Shown piece after piece: positions 1 to 9,094 of a stretch of DNA of 32,000 bases. The first letter of the stretch is position 1; every line of letters starts with the position of its first letter. Below the pieces are notes generated by a model that was not told the DNA's origin, did not search any database, and worked only from the letters and a program-made list of their open reading frames with translations. The translations under genes were made by a program, and so were the position numbers. Source of the stretch: Pirellula staleyi DSM 6068 (GTDB lineage Bacteria; Planctomycetota; Planctomycetia; Pirellulales; Pirellulaceae); contig CP001848.1 of NCBI GenBank assembly GCA_000025185.1, forward strand, positions 1,710,001 to 1,742,000, given 5' to 3'.

Positions 1-209
1 TGAGTGACAAGGATCTGATCGAGATCTCGCTCGGAGCCGACGATGGCCTGAAGGAAGGTCACGTGATGGAAGTGTTCCGTGGCAACACCTACCTGGGACG
101 CGTTATCATCCGCCGCACCGCTCCTGATCGAGCCGTCGCCCAGATCGTCAAGGAACTCCAGCGAGGCCAGATTAAGAAGGGCGACAATGTCTCTACCAAG
201 CTCGGCTAG
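1..209 (+). CDS. 3' end of an unidentified protein (last ~68 aa; gene begins upstream of the window)
   Basis: Frame 3 is open from the window edge to TAG at 207-209: SDKDLIEISLGADDGLKEGHVMEVFRGNTYLGRVIIRRTAPDRAVAQIVKELQRGQIKKGDNVSTKLG*. Composition is protein-like. It is missing from the ORF track only because it has no start codon in the window. Confidence 0.6.
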   Translation, partial: SDKDLIEISLGADDGLKEGHVMEVFRGNTYLGRVIIRRTAPDRAVAQIVKELQRGQIKKGDNVSTKLG

Positions 210-381
210 TCCTTCGTATCAGCCTACGGAAAAGCCCGAAACCAACATCTTCACGATCATGCTGTTGCTGTCGTTCGTGGCGCTGGTTACCGGCTGTGTG
301 CTGATGCATCTCGAACTGCAACGCTTCGGTCCCGAGTATCCGTTTTGGAAAACTCCTCCGGTGCCGCAGGTCGTGCGCTAA
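187..381 (+). CDS. Small single-TM membrane protein (64 aa), paralog of the next gene
   Basis: Internal ATG at 187 of track ORF 79..381 gives MSLPSSASPSYQPTEKPETNIFTIMLLLSFVALVTGCVLMHLELQRFGPEYPFWKTPPVPQVVR. It has one hydrophobic helix and shares its tail motif with the 459..635 product. It overlaps the upstream stop by 23 nt. Confidence 0.6.
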   Translation: MSLPSSASPSYQPTEKPETNIFTIMLLLSFVALVTGCVLMHLELQRFGPEYPFWKTPPVPQVVR

Positions 382-458
382 GCGTCTGCTCTCCATCGGT
401 ACGACTCCGCTTGCTTGTTCGCGATTCGTTGTCCGCTACTTTCATCGAGACCATCGAC

Positions 459-635
459 ATGGCCACTGCCAACAACGAATCGACACCAAAGACCAAGGAA
501 CGAACGAATCCCTACACCGTGGTGCTGGGACTCACGCTGCTGGCCATCACGCTCGCCTGCATTGCACTGGTGATCGAACTACGTCAGTATGGTAACTTCC
601 CATTCGAACTAGTGTGGAAGACCCCGAAAATCTAG
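459..635 (+). CDS. Small single-TM membrane protein (58 aa), paralog of the previous gene
   Basis: Internal ATG at 459 of track ORF 345..635 gives MATANNESTPKTKERTNPYTVVLGLTLLAITLACIALVIELRQYGNFPFELVWKTPKI. Layout and EL-[QR]-[RQ]-[FY]-G...PF...WKTP tail match 187..381. Confidence 0.6.
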   Translation: MATANNESTPKTKERTNPYTVVLGLTLLAITLACIALVIELRQYGNFPFELVWKTPKI

Positions 636-677
636 TCGGCCGGTCTGCTCTTTAAGCCCACGGAGCGGGGCACTTCT

Positions 678-1349
678 TTGCGGCACTACTCGCTAGCGGC
701 ATCAGGATTCGAGTTAGTTACCGGCGCAATCGCTCGAGCCCGCTGCGCCGAGATTGCTCACTTGCTCGACGAGCGCGACAGCATTTCGCTCGGCTCGCGG
801 CGTTTACTCGACCAGCCCTGGTGCCGCGAACTGGCCGTAGATTTGCGACGCCATCCACGCATCGCCGCGCTCATTCCAGAAGCGTGGGTTGTCGCGCAGT
901 GCACCTTGTTCGAGAAATCGCGTGCGACCAATTGGCTCGTGCCGCTGCATCAGGACCTTAGTATTCCTGTGCGCGAGCGGGTCGAACATCCGGAACTCTC
1001 AGGCTGGTCGATCAAAGAGGAAGGCCACTTTGTACAGCCTCCCGCCGAGCTTCTTGCCATGCTGGTGGCGGTGCGATTGCATATCGACCCCTGCGACCAG
1101 CAGGATGGTCCGCTGCGCGTGGTTCCCGATTCTCATCGCGCTGGAAAGCTCTCGCCTGAAGCCTCCGCCGAGCTTCGAAATCGCTCGGGAGAAACGAGTT
1201 GCATCGCCGAGGCTGGTGATGCACTCCTGCTGCGGCCTCTCCTCCTGCATGCGTCGTCGAAAGCGACCGGCAGCAGTCAGCGGCGCGTTCTGCACTTTTT
1301 GTGGGGGCCACCAGCGCTCACGTGCGGGCTTTCTTGGCCTGCCAGCTGA
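678..1349 (+). CDS. Phytanoyl-CoA dioxygenase (PhyH) family Fe(II)/2-oxoglutarate oxygenase
   Basis: 223-aa ORF with a TTG start in the track. HxD-type motif PLHQD, LRVVPDSH segment and distal His in LLLHASSK are typical of PhyH-like dioxygenases. The start codon is uncertain. Confidence 0.6.
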   Translation: MRHYSLAASGFELVTGAIARARCAEIAHLLDERDSISLGSRRLLDQPWCRELAVDLRRHPRIAALIPEAWVVAQCTLFEKSRATNWLVPLHQDLSIPVRERVEHPELSGWSIKEEGHFVQPPAELLAMLVAVRLHIDPCDQQDGPLRVVPDSHRAGKLSPEASAELRNRSGETSCIAEAGDALLLRPLLLHASSKATGSSQRRVLHFLWGPPALTCGLSWPAS

Positions 1350-1609
1350 AAGATCGGCCAAGTTCGGCCCCTTTCACTTCTGTCTGCCGGCCGAACGCCA
1401 GTTTCTAGTTAACTTGCGCGACCATTTGCCAGTTTATCCCGTAGTCCAGTGGCCACGACGAGTCAGTCGCGGATATTCGAGCGCATCTCATTTTTTGTAG
1501 CGGCCATTTCGTCAATCTCCACGAGGATTGCAAGCGTCACGCACGCCACCCGTCCGTGCGACACGCATGGGGTTTTCGTAACATCGCCGAGCGAGCAGAG
1601 TCTCAGCCC

Positions 1610-2383
1610 ATGTGCACATCCCTTTCCGAGAGTTCGCTCGAGAAGAACGCCTCGAGCGAAATTTATAGCAGCGAGTATGTGCAGCGGCTGTTCGATGAAA
1701 TGTCGCACACCTATGGCATCGTGAATGTTCTCTCGTCGTTTGGCTTTGCCGTGCGCTGGCGCTCGCAGTGCATCGATCAAGCGCGAGTGGAGGTGGGAGA
1801 TCGTGTCTGCGATTTAATGTCGGGCATGGGAGAGATGTGGCCCGGCCTCGCGCGACAACTGCGCGGGCGTGGCAAGATCGTCGGCATCGACTTCTCGCGC
1901 TCGATGGTCGAGAAGTCCCAGCGAACCCTCGCGCGCATCACTCGGCAAAACGCTGAGCAGCCAATCACCATCGAAGCTCTGCTCGACGACGCGCTCGCCA
2001 GCAAGGTTCCCGACCAGTCGGTCGATGTGGTCACCTGTTCGTTTGGACTCAAGACCCTCGACGAAAATCAGCGCGGGCGACTTGCTCGTGAAGTGCATCG
2101 CATCTTGAAGCCGGGAGGACGATGCTCATTCGTCGAGATCTCGGTGCCACCTCAGCGATGGCTCCGAGCAGCTTACTTCTTCTATCTCAACCAGGTGGTG
2201 CCGATCATCGGTTGGCTGTTGCTCGGCAACCCCGAGAACTATCGCATGCTGGGTCGCTACACCAGCGCGTTTGGGAACTGCGATCGTTTTGTGCAAGCGT
2301 GCCGCAGCGCGGGACTCGATGTCGAGCCCGCCAGCTACTTCTTTGGCTGCGCAACGGGCGTCGTCGGAACCAGACCGCAGTAA
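1610..2383 (+). CDS. Class I SAM-dependent methyltransferase, UbiE/MenG-like
   Basis: Resembles UbiE/MenG: LFDEMSHTYGIVNVLSSFGFAVRWR, SAM motif I VCDLMSGMGEMW, ILKPGGRCSFVE. I prefer ATG at 1610 (MCTSLS...) over the track start at 1556. Confidence 0.6.
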   Translation: MCTSLSESSLEKNASSEIYSSEYVQRLFDEMSHTYGIVNVLSSFGFAVRWRSQCIDQARVEVGDRVCDLMSGMGEMWPGLARQLRGRGKIVGIDFSRSMVEKSQRTLARITRQNAEQPITIEALLDDALASKVPDQSVDVVTCSFGLKTLDENQRGRLAREVHRILKPGGRCSFVEISVPPQRWLRAAYFFYLNQVVPIIGWLLLGNPENYRMLGRYTSAFGNCDRFVQACRSAGLDVEPASYFFGCATGVVGTRPQ

Positions 2384-2406
2384 AACGGCGCCTCCAGAGT
2401 GAATTG

Positions 2407-3330
2407 CTATTTTTCCACCGATTCCTTGGGGAATTCGATGTTAGCGATGACCGGCAAGTGATCGCTGACAAAGCGTCCTGCTGGTGTGAGAGGGTTTTCG
2501 ACTACGTGATCGAGCACGACAAAATCGCGCACGAAAATGAAGTCGATTTTGTTGTCCCCTTCCGGAATCGCCTTAAAACCATTGAACGTCGCGGTGGGGC
2601 CTGTCGGTTTCTTCGCGCTCACCCCCTGGGCATCGACGAGTCTCCAGTCACTTGCGGAATCGGGCTTCGCGAGAACGTTCTGAATCGGGTCGCTCGCAAG
2701 TCGCGCGTTAAAGTCGCCGACGAGCACCACAGGCAAATCGGCTGCCAGCTCTTTCAAGCGACGAGCAATCAACTTGCCACTCTCGGCCCGCGCCTCTTGT
2801 CCCATGTGGTCGAAATGGGTGCTGGCGGCGATGAATCTCTTGCCCGTCGATTTGTCCTTGAGCTCGGTCCAGCTGCAAACACGGGGGAGCATCGCGTCCC
2901 ATCCTTTGCTGCCGACAACTTCATGAGTCGCAGAGAGCCAAAAGGTCCCTTCGCGGACGAGCTCAAAACGTTCATGGCGATAGAGCAGCGGTGAGAACTC
3001 TCCTTTGTCTTTTCCATCATCGCGGGCCACTCCCGATCGCTTGAACTCGGGGAGACCTTCGAGCAGATCGCTGATTTGAAAGGCGAGTGCTTCCTGCAGT
3101 CCCAGGATGTCGACTTTCGACTCCTTCAAGTATTTCACCATCGGCTCTTGGCGATGCACCCAGGCATCGTCGCCATCGCGCGCTGTTCCATAGCGAATGT
3201 TGTAGCTCATCACGCGGAGCGGCTGTGGTTCTGATGTCGGCTCGGCAGCTTCTCCTGAATTGGTAAGGAGTACCGCAGCAAATGCTAAAGAAATCGATAG
3301 CAATGCGTGAGAAAGTGCTGACGAATTCAT
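2407..3330 (-). CDS. Secreted endonuclease/exonuclease/phosphatase (EEP) family protein
   Basis: LRVMSYNIRYG, ILGLQE, STHFDH, GDFN and SDHLPV motifs are typical of the EEP fold. ATG at 3330 gives signal peptide MNSSALSHALLSISLAFAAVLL with GGAG about 11 nt upstream. The track start at 3438 adds a non-signal extension. Confidence 0.75.
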   Translation of the reverse strand: MNSSALSHALLSISLAFAAVLLTNSGEAAEPTSEPQPLRVMSYNIRYGTARDGDDAWVHRQEPMVKYLKESKVDILGLQEALAFQISDLLEGLPEFKRSGVARDDGKDKGEFSPLLYRHERFELVREGTFWLSATHEVVGSKGWDAMLPRVCSWTELKDKSTGKRFIAASTHFDHMGQEARAESGKLIARRLKELAADLPVVLVGDFNARLASDPIQNVLAKPDSASDWRLVDAQGVSAKKPTGPTATFNGFKAIPEGDNKIDFIFVRDFVVLDHVVENPLTPAGRFVSDHLPVIANIEFPKESVEK

Positions 3331-3534
3331 TGAGAAGTCTCCAGGAGGCCGTAAATAAGTCGGCAGTAGATGTTGACGAATTAAAGCGTAGTTAGTGTGA
3401 AGTTCGTAAGGAATTGCGGAATTGTGGCGGCGATCCATGGGCCCCTGTCCGCGACAGCGATGGCGGTTTGGGTAATCTGTCGCAAGTGCCTGTTTGGTAA
3501 GGATTTGCGACGCGTCTTTATCCCACTTGGCCCA

Positions 3535-3563
3535 TTGTGACAGGGGGCCAAAACTGCTATATT
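3535..3563 (+). promoter_or_regulatory. Candidate sigma70-like promoter for gyrA
   Basis: TTGTGA (3535-3540), a 17-nt spacer, then TATATT (3558-3563), about 95 nt upstream of the gyrA start. Pattern match only. Confidence 0.3.
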
Positions 3564-3657
3564 CTGGGGCAATTGCTGGCTCCCTCCAAAACGCCCCCTC
3601 CAGGCTCCTGTTTTCGCCTCGGAGCCACCTGCGATCAACCCCCGAAAGGATTCTCGC

Positions 3658-6474
3658 TTGTCGTCAGACTTCGATCCACCTAGTGGGCCTTCCGCTTCCG
3701 AACTTCCTCCCGGTGATGATGGCACGCGGTTCCTCGATCAGCCGATTGAGGACGAGCTCAAGGAGAGTTATCTCACCTACGCGATGAGCGTGATCGTCAG
3801 CCGCGCGCTCCCCGACGTGCGCGACGGTCTGAAGCCTTCGCAGCGACGCATTTTGGTCGCCATGAACGACCTTAATCTCACGCCCGGTGCGCCGCGCGTC
3901 AAATGCGCGAAGATTTCGGGCGATACCAGCGGTAACTATCACCCGCACGGCGAAAGCGTGATCTATCCCACGCTGGTGCGCATGGCCCAAGAGTGGAACA
4001 TGCGTCACATCCTGATCGACAAGCAAGGAAACTTCGGATCGATCGCTGGTCTGCCACCAGCAGCCATGCGATACACCGAAGCGCGACTCTCCCCTGTCGC
4101 ATCGATGATGCTCGAGGATTTGAATCTCGACACCGTCGACTTTGTGCCGACTTACGACGAGCGGAATCAAGAGCCGACGGTACTCCCCTGCCGCTTCCCA
4201 AACTTGCTCGTCAACGGCGCGCAAGGAATCGCGGTCGGTATGGCGACGAGCATTCCGCCGCACAACCTGGGGGAAGTTTGCGAAGCGCTCGTCAAGGTGA
4301 TCGATGACCCCGAAGTGACCCTCGGCGAACTCTGCGAGATCATCAAAGGCCCCGACTTCCCAACGGGCGGCACTATTTGTGGACGCGCCGGCATTCGCCG
4401 CGGCTATCGCGACGGTCGCAGCACCATCGTGCTGCGGGCCAAGACTCGGATCGAAGAGCATAAAAAAGATCGCTACCGCATCATCATCACCGAGATTCCT
4501 TACCAGCAAGCGCGCGATCGTGTGGTCGAAAAGATCGCCGAACTGGTGAATGAAGAGCGGATCAAGGGTATTTCCGGGATTACCGATCTCTCGGATCTCA
4601 AAGAGCCAGTCCACTTGGTGATCGACATCAAGCGCGATGCCGATCCGTACGTGGTGCTCAATCAGCTCTATCAGTTCTCGCCACTGCAAGATTCGATTTC
4701 GATCATCCTGCTGGCTCTCGTCGATGGAAAGCCGCGCGAGCTTTCGCTCAAGGAATTGCTCGAAGAGTTCCTGCGGCATCGCGTGACCGTCATTCGCCGG
4801 CGGACGCAGTTTCTGCTGTCGAAGGCTCGTCGCCGCAAGCACACCGTCGAGGGTTTGCTGCTGGCGCTGGCCAATATCGACGAGATCATTCGGATCATTC
4901 GCGCATCTCGCACCCAGGCGGAAGCCAAGGTCGGCCTGATGGGGGTCGAATGCCCAGCGGCGATGATGCAGCGAGCGTTGGGAGAAGAAGGGTTCGCGAT
5001 GTTCCAGTCGGAACGTGGCGCGAGCGACACCTATCGCCTGACCGCAGTGCAGTCGGAAGCGATCTTGCGCATGACGCTCGGTCAGCTCGTCAACCTCGAG
5101 CAAGAGCGTCTCGGCGGCGAGCATGCCGAACTCCTCAAGGAGATTGCCGAATACCTCCGCATTCTGGCCGACGAAAACATCATCCGGGCGATGATCAAGG
5201 AAGAGCTGATCGCCATCGCTGCCAAGTATGGTGACGAGCGGCGTACTGAAATTAGTGGCGAAGAGATTGGGGACGTCAATCTCGAGGATCTGATCACCGA
5301 AGAGACGATGGTGGTCTCGATCAGTCATCGTGGTTACATCAAGCGCACGCCGGCTAGCACCTATCGTGCTCAGCGCCGGGGTGGCAAGGGACTCAAAGGT
5401 GCGAAGACGGAGGACGAAGATCCGATCGCGCATCTGTTCGTCGCCAGCACACATGCCTACCTGCTGTTTTTCACGAATCTTGGCCGGGTCTACTGGCAGA
5501 AGGTTTACGACTTGCCCGAGTTGTCGCGCGAGAGTCGTGGCCGCGCGATTGTGAACCTGCTCAACCTTTCGGAAGGTGAGAAGATCGCCGAGTGCATCGC
5601 GATTCGCGACTTCGATCAGCAAGGTCACTTCCTGATGATGGCGACCCGAAAGGGGCTCGTGAAGAAATCGCCACTCGAGGATTACAGCCGACCGAAGAAG
5701 GGTGGCATCATCGCGATCAAACTTCGCGAAGATGATGAAGTGGTCGATGTGGTTGTCACCAAGCCCGGCGATGAAGTGGTGCTTTCCACCTCCACCGGCA
5801 TGGCAATCCGGTTCAGCGAATCGGATGCGCGGCCGATGGGACGCAACACTTCCGGCGTGAAGGGGATCTCGCTTGCCAGCGGCGATTCGCTCGTCGGTAT
5901 GGTGGTGGCTGATCCCGACGCCACGCTCCTCACCGTTTGCGAAAATGGTTATGGAAAGCGGACCAACTTTGGTCCCAACGCCGAAGTGGTGGGACCACCA
6001 CCTGCCGATGATGACAGTATTGATACCGGCAGTATTGATACCAGCAGTGCCGAAGCCGAAACTGTAGTCGCCGAGCCCCCTGCTCCTGCGGAAGAAGCAG
6101 CCGCGGAGGACGAAGGAGACGAAGAGGGTTCGAGCGGCTCGCGCTATCGGACCCAGCGTCGCGGTGGCAAGGGGCTGCGCGATATCAAGACGACGACTCG
6201 CAACGGCACCGTGATCGCCGTGGCCCGCGTCGACGATACCGAAGAAGTGCTGATGATGACAGCCCGCGGCAAGTTGCAGCGGATCGCCGCCCGCGAGATC
6301 AAAACGATCGGACGCAACACGCAAGGTGTCCGGATCATGAGCCTCGACGACGACGACAAACTCGTAGCTGTGGTTCGTGTGCCGCGCGATGAAGCGGAAG
6401 TGACGGATCTAGCTGCTCTGGGCGCACTTCCCCCCGAACTGCCGCCACCAGCACCAGCGGGCGACGCGAGCTAA
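3658..6474 (+). CDS. gyrA: DNA gyrase subunit A
   Basis: 938 aa with a TTG start. Contains [24 protein letters not shown], catalytic Tyr in [10 protein letters not shown] and GyrA-box [10 protein letters not shown], followed by a beta-pinwheel C-terminal domain. Confidence 0.97.
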   Translation: MSSDFDPPSGPSASELPPGDDGTRFLDQPIEDELKESYLTYAMSVIVSRALPDVRDGLKPSQRRILVAMNDLNLTPGAPRVKCAKISGDTSGNYHPHGESVIYPTLVRMAQEWNMRHILIDKQGNFGSIAGLPPAAMRYTEARLSPVASMMLEDLNLDTVDFVPTYDERNQEPTVLPCRFPNLLVNGAQGIAVGMATSIPPHNLGEVCEALVKVIDDPEVTLGELCEIIKGPDFPTGGTICGRAGIRRGYRDGRSTIVLRAKTRIEEHKKDRYRIIITEIPYQQARDRVVEKIAELVNEERIKGISGITDLSDLKEPVHLVIDIKRDADPYVVLNQLYQFSPLQDSISIILLALVDGKPRELSLKELLEEFLRHRVTVIRRRTQFLLSKARRRKHTVEGLLLALANIDEIIRIIRASRTQAEAKVGLMGVECPAAMMQRALGEEGFAMFQSERGASDTYRLTAVQSEAILRMTLGQLVNLEQERLGGEHAELLKEIAEYLRILADENIIRAMIKEELIAIAAKYGDERRTEISGEEIGDVNLEDLITEETMVVSISHRGYIKRTPASTYRAQRRGGKGLKGAKTEDEDPIAHLFVASTHAYLLFFTNLGRVYWQKVYDLPELSRESRGRAIVNLLNLSEGEKIAECIAIRDFDQQGHFLMMATRKGLVKKSPLEDYSRPKKGGIIAIKLREDDEVVDVVVTKPGDEVVLSTSTGMAIRFSESDARPMGRNTSGVKGISLASGDSLVGMVVADPDATLLTVCENGYGKRTNFGPNAEVVGPPPADDDSIDTGSIDTSSAEAETVVAEPPAPAEEAAAEDEGDEEGSSGSRYRTQRRGGKGLRDIKTTTRNGTVIAVARVDDTEEVLMMTARGKLQRIAAREIKTIGRNTQGVRIMSLDDDDKLVAVVRVPRDEAEVTDLAALGALPPELPPPAPAGDAS
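6016..6045 (+). repeat. 15-bp tandem duplication inside the gyrA C-terminal-domain insertion
   Basis: agtattgataccggc followed by agtattgataccagc (14/15 identical), encoding [10 protein letters not shown]. Confidence 0.9.
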
Positions 6475-6499
6475 GTCATCCTGCTCCGATTGATCCAAA

Positions 6500-6533
6500 A
6501 ACGGCTTCCGCAGCTATAGCGGGAGCCGTTTTC
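6500..6533 (+). terminator. Rho-independent terminator after gyrA
   Basis: AACGGCTTCCGC, loop agctata, then GCGGGAGCCGTT. This is a 12-bp stem including one G:U pair. It runs into TTTT and is preceded by an A-run. It lies 26 nt after the gyrA stop. Confidence 0.75.
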
Positions 6534-6667
6534 TGCGTAATATGGTGCAAGTTCGTGGCTACCACGCCGCTCTTCACTCGCGAAGTCCTTTTCCCAACCA
6601 CGCTTCGCTCGGAAGTCTCCCTTTTCTCTAGCCAGTTTGCTTCTCCGAATACGCCAAAGGCTGTCTT

Positions 6668-7978
6668 ATGAAAATCGCCATGATCGGGACTGGCTACGTG
6701 GGACTTGTCACCGGAACATGCCTGGCCGACAGCGGGAATGAAGTGACCTGCGTCGACATCGACCAGGCGAAGATCGAGCGGCTCGAGCAGGGAGTGATTC
6801 CGATCTTTGAGCCGGGGCTGTCGGAACTTGTGGTGCGGAATGCTCAGGCGGGGCGACTGCGATTCACCACGCGAACTGCATCCGCTGTCGCATCGGCTCA
6901 GCTGATTTTTTTGGCGGTCGGAACTCCGAGCGCCGAAGATGGTTCCGCCGATCTCAAGTACCTTTGGTCGGCTGTCGAATCGATTGCGCCGCACTTGGCT
7001 CCCGATGCCGTGGTGGTCGTAAAGAGCACGGTTCCTGTGGGCACGAATGCGGCGATTTTTGCCAAGCTTGCCGCGCTCACGGGGCGCGTTTGCGACGTCG
7101 CCAGCAACCCTGAATTCCTCAAGGAAGGGGCGGCGATTAACGATTTTCAGTATCCCGATCGTGTCGTCGTGGGGGTCCGCTCGGAACATGCAGAAACGCT
7201 GCTGCAGGAACTCTATGGCCCTTATCTGCGAACCGACAAACCGTTCCTGTCGATGACCCCCGAGAGCGCCGAGTTGACGAAGTATGTCGCCAACGCGCTC
7301 CTCTCGACGAAGATCAGCTTCATCAACGAAATGGCGAATCTGTGCGAGCGATTGAAGGGTGATATCAACGATGTTCGGCGTGGCATCGGGCACGATCGTC
7401 GAATTGGATTTCAGTTCCTCTTTCCCGGTGTGGGTTACGGTGGAAGCTGTTTTCCCAAGGATGTTCGGGCGCTCGCGAACATGGCACGCAAGGTGAATCT
7501 CGAGCCACGGATGCTGCTGGCTGTTGACGAAGTGAACAACGCGCAAAAGAGCGTGCTGATCGAAAAGATCTCGACCTATTTTGGAGAGGCGCTCCCGGGG
7601 CGCACGATCGCGATTTGGGGACTCGCCTTTAAGCCACGGACCGACGACATTCGCGAAGCACCAGCGCTCGTGCTGATCGACTACCTGCTCGAGCAGGGTT
7701 GCCGCGTGATCGTTCACGATCCTGAAGCGATCGAGAATGTGAAACAGCAGTACGGCAGTCGGCTGATCTATTGCACACAGCCGATGGATGCGCTCGAGGG
7801 AGCCGACGCCCTCGCGATCAACACCGAATGGGGCGAGTTTCGAAACCCCAACTTCGACGAAATGCGTCGCCGCATGAAACAGCCGGTGATCTTCGACGGC
7901 CGCAATTTGTACGAGCCAGAGCAGATGCGCCAGCATCAGTTCGTGTACCACTCGATCGGTCGTATTGCGGTCGAGTAA
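6668..7978 (+). CDS. ugd: UDP-glucose 6-dehydrogenase
   Basis: 436 aa. N-terminal Rossmann motif [16 protein letters not shown], catalytic-Cys motif [10 protein letters not shown], and C-terminal UDP-binding domain ([18 protein letters not shown]). Confidence 0.93.
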   Translation: MKIAMIGTGYVGLVTGTCLADSGNEVTCVDIDQAKIERLEQGVIPIFEPGLSELVVRNAQAGRLRFTTRTASAVASAQLIFLAVGTPSAEDGSADLKYLWSAVESIAPHLAPDAVVVVKSTVPVGTNAAIFAKLAALTGRVCDVASNPEFLKEGAAINDFQYPDRVVVGVRSEHAETLLQELYGPYLRTDKPFLSMTPESAELTKYVANALLSTKISFINEMANLCERLKGDINDVRRGIGHDRRIGFQFLFPGVGYGGSCFPKDVRALANMARKVNLEPRMLLAVDEVNNAQKSVLIEKISTYFGEALPGRTIAIWGLAFKPRTDDIREAPALVLIDYLLEQGCRVIVHDPEAIENVKQQYGSRLIYCTQPMDALEGADALAINTEWGEFRNPNFDEMRRRMKQPVIFDGRNLYEPEQMRQHQFVYHSIGRIAVE

Positions 7979-8005
7979 AGCGGTTCGCGATCGCGGCGGC
8001 TAGGT

Positions 8006-8044
8006 GTAGTCGACTTGAATTTTTCGAGCTATCAAATCGACTAC
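8006..8044. terminator. Hairpin downstream of ugd (possible terminator)
   Basis: GTAGTCGACTTGA, 13-nt loop, then TCAAATCGACTAC (13-bp stem with one mismatch). It is followed by AAAA rather than a T-run on the + strand, so its function is uncertain. Confidence 0.3.
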
Positions 8045-8281
8045 AAAACCGAGGGCTTGCTCCTTCGCGGCGTCGCTGCAGCTAGTTTCCGCCGGGGACG
8101 CACTATTTTGCGCAAGTGTATTTCTTACAAACACTTGCAATCGATCTGCTGGCGACGCTAGTGCTGTCGCTGCTCGATTTGGCACGCCGGGTGCATTCTC
8201 TCTTCAGGCATGCGGAGAAGTCAACTTCTGACGACTCGCACACGACCAAGCTTTCCTGCATAGACCCAGGAGACGGATGCC

Positions 8282-8887
8282 ATGAAGACTCTGATTGCCA
8301 CTGCTGCCACGATTGTTTCTTTGGTGATGTTTTCGGCCACGGCCCAGGCCGATCACCGCGACGACTTCCGTCGCGACGTTTTCAGCGACATCAAGCGGGT
8401 CGCTTGTGCGATTGGTAACACCGCTGCCGAGTTGCAGCGCGAAGTTCGCCTGCTCGACCGGAGTGGTCACCTGGCCTCGCATGCTCGTGACCTCGAGCGT
8501 GCCGCGCGTCGGGTTGAGTCGGCAGCCGTGACTGGTTGCAACCTCGATAACCTGATTCGCGATGTCCGTAAGCTCGAAGTGATCCGCTGCCAGCTTGACG
8601 ACGAAGTTTCGGAAATCCGTTTCACGTCGTACTCGCCATGGGATCGTGGACATCACCACGGAAGTGGTCGCCCCTCGAGCACGCGTGAAGCTCGGTACCT
8701 GCTCGACCAGGCTGAAGGTCAGATTGCTCAGCTCGATCGTCTGGTGTGCGAAGCTCAGCGAGTGGTAGTGCGTCGCCCTTCGGTTCCAGTTCATCCTGGC
8801 TATGGTCGTCCCAGCTACGGTCCCCGCCCTGCAAGTCCTCAAGTAGGTTTCACGATCGGTGGCTTCTCGTTCCAGCTTGGTCGCTAG
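8282..8887 (+). CDS. Secreted hypothetical protein (201 aa)
   Basis: ATG start with signal peptide MKTLIATAATIVSLVMFSATAQA. The mature part is charged and helical with 4 Cys, an HHHG patch and a Pro/Gly/Tyr-rich C-terminus. I recognise no family. Antisense ORF 8204..8842 was rejected. Confidence 0.65.
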   Translation: MKTLIATAATIVSLVMFSATAQADHRDDFRRDVFSDIKRVACAIGNTAAELQREVRLLDRSGHLASHARDLERAARRVESAAVTGCNLDNLIRDVRKLEVIRCQLDDEVSEIRFTSYSPWDRGHHHGSGRPSSTREARYLLDQAEGQIAQLDRLVCEAQRVVVRRPSVPVHPGYGRPSYGPRPASPQVGFTIGGFSFQLGR

Positions 8888-8986
8888 TACCAGCCATCTG
8901 CAAAATGCTCAAGCAGCCTTGTCGCCGCGAGGCTGCCTGAGTAAGTCAGAAACCGAGCGAAATTCCAAAATCAAAGTACGAAACAG

Positions 8987-9024
8987 CGAGGCCCCATCGA
9001 TCCAGCAGGATTGGTGGGGCCTCG
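8987..9024. terminator. Hairpin between convergent genes (possible bidirectional terminator)
   Basis: CGAGGCCCCA, 18-nt loop, then TGGGGCCTCG (perfect 10-bp stem), followed by aacattttc. It lies between the 3' ends of 8282..8887 (+) and 9095..10180 (-). Confidence 0.5.
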
Positions 9025-9094
9025 AACATTTTCTTGATCTAGCCGCGCATCGCATACAGGCATTCGCAGCATCGACGCGCGGAGCAGACGCAGA

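Noticed and set aside
79-635. The full-length track ORFs 79..381 (100 aa) and 345..635 (96 aa).
   Set aside because: Their N-terminal parts overlap the real upstream reading frame or the preceding small gene and have Ser/Arg-rich non-protein-like composition. Only the internal-ATG versions (187..381 and 459..635) show the paralogous TM architecture.
6139-6180. A second perfect GyrA-box-like motif ([10 protein letters not shown]) in addition to [10 protein letters not shown] at about 5360.
   Set aside because: A second RGGKG-type strand in a later blade of the C-terminal pinwheel is common in GyrA proteins of many bacteria (from memory), so it is not novel in itself. Only the insertion preceding it is reported.
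3664-6324. 886-aa ORF antisense to gyrA. Similar long antisense ORFs occur at 6476..7951 (versus ugd), 10344..12914 (versus the toroid protein), 18139..19524 (versus the helicase), 28240..29484 (versus thiC), 16644..17291, 25628..26227 and 26436..27260.
   Set aside because: Each lies exactly opposite a gene with strong recognisable homology. Their translations are Arg/His/Gly-rich with no motifs. Stop-free mirror frames are expected opposite GC-rich, codon-biased genes.
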